From IMG/VR virus record IMGVR_UViG_3300017761_001967, positions 1 through 59,106 of that record: a stretch of DNA of 59,106 nucleotides; one strand, written 5' to 3'. Within the stretch, counting starts at the first letter, position 1. The number at the start of each line of letters is the position of its first letter. Shown piece after piece: positions 1 to 6,877 of the stretch. Origin of the DNA: a virus (Duplodnaviria; Caudoviricetes). The notes below the pieces were generated by a model. That model made no database searches and had not been told where the DNA came from. It saw nothing but the letters and a program-made list of their open reading frames with translations. A program made the translations under genes and the position numbers.

Positions 1-1
1 A

Positions 2-76
2 ACACCAGTAACTCCAACACCAGTAACTCCAACACCAGTTACTCCTACACCTGTAACACCAACACCAACACCACCA
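2..76 (+). repeat. Tandem repeat encoding (TPVTP)n
   Basis: Approximately 15-nt unit acaccagtaactcca repeated with synonymous variation. Confidence 0.9.
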
Positions 77-556
77 GTAAACTGCACAATGCCTAGCGTA
101 GTAGGCTTGTCAGAAAGTGCAGCAGCAAGTGCAATAAACTCTGCAGGACTTCTTTATGAATCTGCTACTGAGACATCGGTAGGTGCAACTGCACAAAACA
201 ATGGAACTGTTAAATCTCAAAGTCCATCAGCAGGAACCTCTGTAGCCTGTGGAAGCAATACTGGACTAACCATTTATGTATATACAGCACCAGCACCTGT
301 TACACCTACCCCAGTTACACCTACCCCAGTAGCACCTACCCCAGTAGCACCTACCCCAGTAGCACCTACCCCAGTAGCACCTGTTACTCCTACTCCTGTA
401 GCACCTGTTACACCAACACCTGTTACCCCTACTCCTGAACCTACCCCAACTCCAACACCTACTCCAGCACCTGGTGTAACTCTATGTTGCTTTGGAGAAT
501 GTGCTTGCGAATGTCAAAATTTCCCAGCGGGAACTGAATATGAAGATCACTGCTAA
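2..556 (+). CDS. 5'-truncated Pro/Thr-repeat protein with PASTA domain and Cys-rich C-terminal tag (probable virion fibre/surface protein)
   Basis: Frame is open from base 2 (TPVTPTPVTP...VNCTM), so ATG 89 is internal. MPSVVGLS..AA..I..AGL...G.V.SQSP.AGT.V..GS...L matches the PASTA pattern. Flanked by (TPV/APTPV)n tracts and ends CCFGECACECQNFPAGTEYEDHC. Confidence 0.75.
   Translation, partial: TPVTPTPVTPTPVTPTPVTPTPTPPVNCTMPSVVGLSESAAASAINSAGLLYESATETSVGATAQNNGTVKSQSPSAGTSVACGSNTGLTIYVYTAPAPVTPTPVTPTPVAPTPVAPTPVAPTPVAPVTPTPVAPVTPTPVTPTPEPTPTPTPTPAPGVTLCCFGECACECQNFPAGTEYEDHC
287..472 (+). repeat. Tandem repeat encoding (APTPV/TPTPV)n
   Basis: 15-nt unit gcacctaccccagta in exact tandem copies plus degenerate copies. 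Confidence 0.9.
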
Positions 557-573
557 CAGATAGGAATAGGTAT

Positions 574-1164
574 ATGCAAAAAAAAGAAGTTGCTCCAGGA
601 ATAGTTATCTATGATGATGTAATTGAAGACTTTGAAACACTTGTAAAAGATATTGAAGAAGGCATGGAGTCGGCAAGCATAGAATGGCAAGATGCATATG
701 TAAAAAATGATTCAGGTGTATCGCTTGATAAAAAAATTAGAGATGTAAAAAGTATAGGAATTGAAAAATCAGAAACTGGATTTCAAAATCCTAAAAAAGA
801 GTCTTTCTATAATAATTTGTTTAGAATATTTGACGATGGTTTTTCTGTGATAGAAAATGATTATAAAAATACTTATGGGGTACAAACATTTTGGCATGAT
901 AAGTATCAAATATTAAAGTATGGAAAAGATCAGCATTTTAGCAACCATATTGATGACAATCCAACCTATCACAGAAGGATCTCTACGCTATACTATTTAA
1001 ACGACAACTATTTAGGAGGAGAAATAAATTTCCCAAGATTTAACTTAACAATAAAGCCTTTGGCAAATCAGATGATACTTTTTCCATCTACATATGTTTA
1101 TAATCATTCAGTTTCTCCAGTTCTTGAAGGTGAAAGATATGCAGTTGTAAGTTGGCTAAGATGA
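574..1164 (+). CDS. 2OG-Fe(II) oxygenase, prolyl 4-hydroxylase-like
   Basis: HID iron motif, YLNDNYLGGEINFP, distal H (YNHSV) and R (GERYAVVSW). Confidence 0.9.
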   Translation: MQKKEVAPGIVIYDDVIEDFETLVKDIEEGMESASIEWQDAYVKNDSGVSLDKKIRDVKSIGIEKSETGFQNPKKESFYNNLFRIFDDGFSVIENDYKNTYGVQTFWHDKYQILKYGKDQHFSNHIDDNPTYHRRISTLYYLNDNYLGGEINFPRFNLTIKPLANQMILFPSTYVYNHSVSPVLEGERYAVVSWLR

Positions 1165-1730
1165 AAGATCCACAAGTAATAAAGGATTTATTTGATACAC
1201 CTGATTTTTTATTTTTAAAAAATACTATGTTTAATTCTCCAAAAGATAAAAACAATTATGACAAAGGTTTTGGAAGATATTATGTAAATCATGAAATACT
1301 TCAAGAATACACCGAAAAGGTTTTGCCTATTGCTAGAGAGTGTTTTAAAAGCAAAACTCTTTTGCCATCTTATACATTGTTTGCACACTATGAAGGACAA
1401 GATCCTGCACCAAGTTTGTATAAGCACAAAGATGATAATGCATGTACATATACACTAGACTTATGTGTTTACCAGAATGAACCATGGGACTTATGGGTAG
1501 AAGACAAGAACTACACACTATCTCCAAATCAAGCACTTGCTTATTATGGAAATGATCAAAAGCACTGGAGAGAAAAGTTTCCAAACCCAGAAACAAATAA
1601 TGTTGCAATGATATTTTTTCATTTTGTAGAGCCAGAGCATTGGTGGTTTACTAAGTCTCCAACTTATATTGATGTAATTAGAGGCAAGGTTTCAGAAGAT
1701 GCATGGAAAACCCAAAATGGAAGAAAGTAG
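1161..1730 (+). CDS. 2OG-Fe(II) oxygenase-like protein
   Basis: LYKHKD (HxD) ... YYG...KHWRE ... IFFHF. Start moved to ATG 1161 (ATGA overlap with upstream stop). Confidence 0.7.
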   Translation: MKDPQVIKDLFDTPDFLFLKNTMFNSPKDKNNYDKGFGRYYVNHEILQEYTEKVLPIARECFKSKTLLPSYTLFAHYEGQDPAPSLYKHKDDNACTYTLDLCVYQNEPWDLWVEDKNYTLSPNQALAYYGNDQKHWREKFPNPETNNVAMIFFHFVEPEHWWFTKSPTYIDVIRGKVSEDAWKTQNGRK

Positions 1731-2247
1731 CATAGGTTTAAACGAAGTTATAGTTATAAATAAATACTTTAACGAAGACTATTCTTGGAACAATTTTATT
1801 AACTGTATTAACGATGCCTATGATTTAAATGATTCAAATAATAGAATAGAAGGATCTAAAGAGGTAATTGGAAAGGTAAACTTCTGGCAAAAACTAACAA
1901 TGACATTAGACAACATAGATAGTAAAAATTTTCCAGGAATTGAAAATAAACTAGAAAAACTAAAAAACTTACATCTTAGCATAAAAGGCTCAAGCAAATG
2001 CACAGGTTACTTTGGTGCCGTCAGTCTTACAAACAAGGAGCCAACAACTGGAAAACATAGCGATCCAATAGATGTTATCTATTGTCAATTTGTTGGGTCA
2101 GTAACATGGACCATATTTGATGAAAATAAAAGTAATGTTTTTATACTAAATCCAGGAGATATTATATATGTTCCAAGATCTGTTGTTCATGAGGTAAAAT
2201 CTTCAAATCCAAGAGCAGCAATATCTTTTATGTTTGAGGCATCATGA
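1717..2247 (+). CDS. JmjC/cupin-type oxygenase
   Basis: KHSDPIDVIYCQFVGSVTW...LNPGDIIYVPRSVVHEV matches the JmjC HxD...PGD.LYVP...H pattern. Start 1717 or 1699. Confidence 0.8.
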   Translation: MEESSIGLNEVIVINKYFNEDYSWNNFINCINDAYDLNDSNNRIEGSKEVIGKVNFWQKLTMTLDNIDSKNFPGIENKLEKLKNLHLSIKGSSKCTGYFGAVSLTNKEPTTGKHSDPIDVIYCQFVGSVTWTIFDENKSNVFILNPGDIIYVPRSVVHEVKSSNPRAAISFMFEAS

Positions 2248-3014
2248 AGAATGCAATAGTTTACTCATTTCATCTTAGATCAGGAATTCTTAAAAATTTA
2301 CACTGCTACAAACAACTAAGATATTCAATAGACACTTTAAGAAAATTCAATATTAATATTCCAGTTTACGTATATATATCTCCATCAAATATAGAAACAT
2401 CTAATTTAGGGTTTGATAAAAATGTAAACATTGTAAAGTTTGATGTTGAAGATGACGGTGGATGGCCAGAAGACTGGGTTAAGCGTGGATATCTAGAATT
2501 TCTAAAACATAGATGGGAAAATGCAATTGATTCAATACACGCATATGGCTTAGACAATATTCTTTATTTAGATACAGATACAGTATTTCACGGAGATCCT
2601 GAAGTATTATTTGCAAAGCATGGATCAACAAAACACATGTGGGCAAAGCCAGACAACAGCAATGATTTGATGACTAAAGTTGAGGTTTGGCCAGGGATGA
2701 ATGATGGACAGTTTATTTTAAGTAAAGAGTTGGCTAACAAAGACATGCTATCCCATATGAAGTTTTATGTAAACCATATACTGTCTAGACATAAAGAAAA
2801 ACTTACAGATCAAGAATATGGAGATCTTTGCTGGGTTTCTACTCAGTATTCTGTTTGGGATTTTTTCCAAAACCACAACAACCCAGTAAAGCATTTTGAC
2901 GAAAATGAAGTGATGCTTCATCAAGAGCCAGAGTACAAAGATACAAGCAGGCTTATCGTTCATCATTATTATAATGGAAACACTAAAAAATTTGTACCAA
3001 AGGAATATTTATGA
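2244..3014 (+). CDS. Putative GT-A fold glycosyltransferase / nucleotide-diphospho-sugar transferase
   Basis: YSIDTLRKFN, ILYLDTDTVF (DxD), MNDGQF, terminal IVHHY. Confidence 0.7.
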   Translation: MKNAIVYSFHLRSGILKNLHCYKQLRYSIDTLRKFNINIPVYVYISPSNIETSNLGFDKNVNIVKFDVEDDGGWPEDWVKRGYLEFLKHRWENAIDSIHAYGLDNILYLDTDTVFHGDPEVLFAKHGSTKHMWAKPDNSNDLMTKVEVWPGMNDGQFILSKELANKDMLSHMKFYVNHILSRHKEKLTDQEYGDLCWVSTQYSVWDFFQNHNNPVKHFDENEVMLHQEPEYKDTSRLIVHHYYNGNTKKFVPKEYL

Positions 3015-3529
3015 AAAGTTTAAAGATTATTTCTCAAAGTTTAAACTATCCAAGTGATAAAGACACAGTCCATAACTATTTGCCAATTTATCAAGAAGAG
3101 TTTGACAAAATAGAAAATATAAAAATATTAGAATTAGGAGTTTGCTACGGAGGGTCTTTAATACTTTGGCAAGATTTTTTTGTTAATTCAGAAATTCACG
3201 GAATAGACAATGTAAAGTATACAGAAGAACAAATTCCTGGCATACTTCACTTTGGTAAATATGAAGACCTGCACACCAATTTTGAAAATAACTATTTTGA
3301 TTATATTGTAAATGACTCAATGCATTATGCAAAGGAACAAATAGATGCTTTTAGACTCTACTATTCAAAATTAAAGCCAGGAGGTAAATTTTTTATGGAA
3401 GACATTCCAGATATGGAAAATGTCTTAGAAATTATAAAAACTCTTCAAGGGTACACATTTAAAGTTTACAATATGAACAATAGTTCTATTTCTCAAGATA
3501 GTATAATTCTGGTAGTCTATAAGCCATGA
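3011..3529 (+). CDS. Class I SAM-dependent methyltransferase
   Basis: ILELGVCYGGSL..W, IHGID, FDYIVNDSMH, LKPGG.FFMED. Confidence 0.85.
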   Translation: MKSLKIISQSLNYPSDKDTVHNYLPIYQEEFDKIENIKILELGVCYGGSLILWQDFFVNSEIHGIDNVKYTEEQIPGILHFGKYEDLHTNFENNYFDYIVNDSMHYAKEQIDAFRLYYSKLKPGGKFFMEDIPDMENVLEIIKTLQGYTFKVYNMNNSSISQDSIILVVYKP

Positions 3530-4530
3530 AAGTTTTAATAACTGGGGTAGCAGGCTTTATGGGTAGCCATCTTGCAGACGAATTCATAAGTCGTGGTCAT
3601 ACGGTAACTGGTATCGATAATCTTATTGGTGGGTATTATAAAAATGTTCCAACTGGGGTTAAGTTTTATGAAAAAGATCTTGGAAACTTTGAAGAAATTG
3701 AGGGACATTTTGAAGGTATTGATCTTGTAGTTCATACAGCCTGCACAGCCTATGAAGGATTGTCTGTGTTTTCCCCTGCGCTAGTAACTAGAAATACTTC
3801 TCACATAACAACAGTTGCTCTTAGTGCATCAGTCAAGCACAATGTAAAAAAGTTTGTTTATATGTCTTCTATGGCTAGATATGGTACACAAGAGACTGTG
3901 CCTTTTACTGAAGACATGACTCCTAAACCACAAGACCCATATGGTATTGCTAAATATGCATCAGAGTTGCTAATTAAAAATATTTGTGAAACACACGGAA
4001 TGAAGTATGCAATCCTCGTCCCGCATAACATCATTGGCCCCCGCCAAAAATATGATGATCCTTATCGAAATGTTGCATCAATTATGATTAATAGAATGCT
4101 TCAAGGAAATCAGCCAATTATTTATGGAGATGGTTCTCAAATGAGATGTTTTTCGTTTATGCAGGATGTTGTTGACCCCCTAATGCTTGTGTGTGAGACC
4201 GATGTTGCTGATGGAATGATTATTAATATAGGGCCAGATGAAGAGTTTATAACAATAAACGAACTTGCTAAAAAAATTGCCACAATCCTTAAGTTTGATT
4301 TAGACCCTGTTTATATGCCAGGAAGACCACAAGAAGTTATAAATGCAAACTGTTCTGCAGATCTTGCAAGAAGTGTTTTAGGGTATAAAACAAAAAAATC
4401 TTTAGAGTCTGGATTAGTAGATCTTTGTTCTTGGATTCAATCTCAAGGGGCTAAAGATTTTTCCTACCACCTGCCCTTGGAGTTCGTAACAGACAAAACT
4501 CCAAGGACATGGGTAGAGCATATTATTTAG
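3526..4530 (+). CDS. NAD-dependent NDP-sugar epimerase/dehydratase (extended SDR)
   Basis: TGVAGFMG (GxxGxxG), MSSMARYG, YGIAK (YxxxK), IYGDGSQMRCF. Confidence 0.93.
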   Translation: MKVLITGVAGFMGSHLADEFISRGHTVTGIDNLIGGYYKNVPTGVKFYEKDLGNFEEIEGHFEGIDLVVHTACTAYEGLSVFSPALVTRNTSHITTVALSASVKHNVKKFVYMSSMARYGTQETVPFTEDMTPKPQDPYGIAKYASELLIKNICETHGMKYAILVPHNIIGPRQKYDDPYRNVASIMINRMLQGNQPIIYGDGSQMRCFSFMQDVVDPLMLVCETDVADGMIINIGPDEEFITINELAKKIATILKFDLDPVYMPGRPQEVINANCSADLARSVLGYKTKKSLESGLVDLCSWIQSQGAKDFSYHLPLEFVTDKTPRTWVEHII

Positions 4531-5086
4531 GAAACTTATTCATCCACATTCTGGTCTTAGGGGTAATACCCTTCCAAGAAGACCAATCGTCTCCACCCTT
4601 TGTCATGTAGTATGCAATCTCTGCATTTTTGACGGGATTGAATAGTTCAGCATTTGATTCAAGATCAAACTTGGTTCTACGATCAGGACCAAGTGTATCA
4701 ATCATATTAATTTGGAACATTCCATAAGACGAGTCACCAGTCTTGTGGTTTCCATTGAATGCTAATGGGCGACCATTAGACTCTTTCTTAGCAACTGCCC
4801 AAGCCACAACAAGGTCTTTGCCCTTGAAGCCAACTAGTGATAACAGTTCCTTAAGTTCTAAATCAGTCAGAGAAACCTTATTCTCAAAACTCTCTAACTT
4901 TTTTGCCTTAGAAACCAAAAAAACCTCTTTCGAGGTGGTTTCCGATGTCTGAGCCTGTTCAAGGCTAAGATTGTTCTTAGTATCTAGTTCTGGGGTAGCA
5001 TTAGCGACATTCGAAAATACAGTCACAACTAATACGATACTGAGTGTGCTAATGATCTCTTTGTTTCTTTCGATAAATTTAATCAT
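4523..5086 (-). CDS. Secreted lytic transglycosylase / lysozyme-like protein
   Basis: AWAVAKKESNG (catalytic ES), SYGMFQIN, LFNPVKNAEIA, DWSSW. N-terminal hydrophobic stretch ending ANA (signal peptide). Start reassigned to ATG 5086 behind AAGGAGG. Confidence 0.85.
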   Translation of the reverse strand: MIKFIERNKEIISTLSIVLVVTVFSNVANATPELDTKNNLSLEQAQTSETTSKEVFLVSKAKKLESFENKVSLTDLELKELLSLVGFKGKDLVVAWAVAKKESNGRPLAFNGNHKTGDSSYGMFQINMIDTLGPDRRTKFDLESNAELFNPVKNAEIAYYMTKGGDDWSSWKGITPKTRMWMNKFPK

Positions 5087-5133
5087 AGTTTCCTCCTTAG
5101 AAAACAATAACACCTTGGTAGGTGTTACTACCA

Positions 5134-5163
5134 AGTATAACATAATTTTCATCCAAAAGTCAA
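5134..5163 (-). promoter_or_regulatory. Sigma70/SigA-type promoter for the transglycosylase
   Basis: Minus strand TTGACT-18 nt-TATACT with TG extension (TGTTATACT), followed by hairpin TAACACC-TACCAA-GGTGTTA. Confidence 0.7.
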
Positions 5164-5172
5164 ATCTAGGTG

Positions 5173-5178
5173 TATAAT
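5173..5178 (+). promoter_or_regulatory. -10 box, leaderless start of gene at 5186 (divergent from transglycosylase promoter)
   Basis: TATAAT 7 nt before ATG, no Shine-Dalgarno. Confidence 0.6.
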
Positions 5179-5185
5179 AAAGATT

Positions 5186-5737
5186 ATGGCTACAGGCGTA
5201 TCATCTAATTATCCTACTATGAAGTATCCACTTGCTTCTGATCCCGTGAACGTACACGGAGACATTAAAGTACTTGTTGATGCTTTAAATGATATTTTGC
5301 CACCACTAGGAATGACTAGTGTTTCTTCACCAGTTAGAAATAATACTAGTTCTGTTTTGTCTGCTGGAACTCCCGTTTATATTACAGGAAATGTTTCACA
5401 TAGCGGACAAATGAAAACAACTGTAGAAAGATATAACCCATCAGCAAGTAATCATAACCAAGATTCACCAATACTTGGTTTGATACAGACAGGAGTCGCT
5501 GCATTAAGTGATGGTGTTGCCGTAGTATCTGGAGTTTTGCAAATGAACACATCTGGAATTGGTGTACCTGGAACAAAAGTTTACATTAATTCAAGTGGGG
5601 AACTTGTTGGAGGAAGACCATTAACTGGCCCAGCAAGATATGTTGCAGTTGTTGCAGTTCAGGGCACACAAGGATTAATTGTTGTTCAGACAAAAGGCAA
5701 CGGTACTTGGGGAGCACTCAAAGACGGATTGTCGTGA
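5186..5737 (+). CDS. Putative virion decoration/fibre protein
   Basis: VRNNT...AGTPVYITG...PILGL...G.AVVSG.L...PG.KVY pattern typical of small beta-rich capsid cement/fibre proteins; structural context. Confidence 0.5.
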   Translation: MATGVSSNYPTMKYPLASDPVNVHGDIKVLVDALNDILPPLGMTSVSSPVRNNTSSVLSAGTPVYITGNVSHSGQMKTTVERYNPSASNHNQDSPILGLIQTGVAALSDGVAVVSGVLQMNTSGIGVPGTKVYINSSGELVGGRPLTGPARYVAVVAVQGTQGLIVVQTKGNGTWGALKDGLS

Positions 5738-5749
5738 TATAATAACATC

Positions 5750-6160
5750 ATGGCAACTCTAAGAGGATCTCAATCACTATACAATATAGGCAACCCACCT
5801 CCAACTGTAATTTGGACTGTTGTCCGTGGAGATACTTCTGGCTTTAAGGTTTATGTAACAGATGATGCAAAGGTACCGCTAATTTTAAAGGGTGCTGGAT
5901 CTCAATGGACTATTGCTATGAAGATTAAGAGACCTACTTCAACCCCTGGAATTATTACAGACGCTGCAACATTAGTTTTAAACTTATACCCAGTTGCAGA
6001 TGAAGATGACTTGGTTGGAGAGTTTACGGTTTATCTTACAGCAGCACAATCAGTACAACTTCAAACAGGAGACATCTTTGATATACAAGTGTCAGACCCA
6101 ACAAGAGTTTGGACGGTTGCTCAGGGTAGCCTAAAAATTCTTGAAGATGTAACAGATTAA
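5750..6160 (+). CDS. Putative structural beta-sandwich protein (BppU N-terminal-like)
   Basis: VVRGDT...FDIQV......TVAQGSLKILEDVT. TGATATAAT 6 nt before ATG. Confidence 0.55.
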   Translation: MATLRGSQSLYNIGNPPPTVIWTVVRGDTSGFKVYVTDDAKVPLILKGAGSQWTIAMKIKRPTSTPGIITDAATLVLNLYPVADEDDLVGEFTVYLTAAQSVQLQTGDIFDIQVSDPTRVWTVAQGSLKILEDVTD

Positions 6161-6384
6161 TGGCCACAGCATTAATACTTGATGAACTTAACGGTAAAAC
6201 AAAAAAAATTTTTCCTATTGACTATCCGTTAATTCAGGTAGAAGACTTTACAAGAAACACTTTGATCACAGAGATACTTCCTTTTAGAGTTAAGTTTACA
6301 GCCATTCAGATACAGGCTATTGGTTTGGGTAATACCCCAGGTATTGGGCTTCAAGTTATTGGCTATAGCAACTACATTCTATAA
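6160..6384 (+). CDS. Hypothetical protein
   Basis: TAATG coupling to upstream gene; fills the gap. Confidence 0.7.
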   Translation: MATALILDELNGKTKKIFPIDYPLIQVEDFTRNTLITEILPFRVKFTAIQIQAIGLGNTPGIGLQVIGYSNYIL

Positions 6385-6417
6385 AAATATCATTAAAACG
6401 CATGTTACAATTACCAC

Positions 6418-6864
6418 ATGGCTAAGATATCAATCGCAAGTGTAAAATCCCTGTTTCAGACAGGTGACAGACCTACTCAAGAAAATTATGTAGATCTAAT
6501 CGATACCGCAACTGCTCAATCAACAGATTTGGGTTCTGCAGGTAATAACGAAGTTACAGTCAACGGAATTGAAAACGTAACTGTTGTTGATAACTTTGAT
6601 GCTACAGAGTGGCGCATGGTTAAGTATATTATTTCAATAGCAAAAACCACTGCAGGAGCCAACAAGTACTATTCAACCGAATTAACAATTCTTGTTGATG
6701 GAATAAACATAAATGTTACAGAATATGCAACAATCGACAATGATGGGAATATTGGCACCATTAATGTCTCCCGCACTGGAAATACCGTGGCTTTATCAGT
6801 CACTCCAGTAAGCGGTATTACACCTATAACAGTTCGTTACGCACGAATTGGTTTAAAGGCTTAA
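6418..6864 (+). CDS. Putative structural protein; C-terminal domain paralogous to C-terminus of 6878-9700
   Basis: FDATEWRMVKYIISI...TEYA resembles WAKADFRSAEFLVRV...TEYG. TGTTACAAT 6 nt before ATG. Confidence 0.7.
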   Translation: MAKISIASVKSLFQTGDRPTQENYVDLIDTATAQSTDLGSAGNNEVTVNGIENVTVVDNFDATEWRMVKYIISIAKTTAGANKYYSTELTILVDGININVTEYATIDNDGNIGTINVSRTGNTVALSVTPVSGITPITVRYARIGLKA

Positions 6865-6877
6865 GGAGATATAAAAA

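Noticed and set aside
2-472. CRISPR-like array
   Set aside because: The repeats are contiguous, in-frame coding units with no unique spacers.
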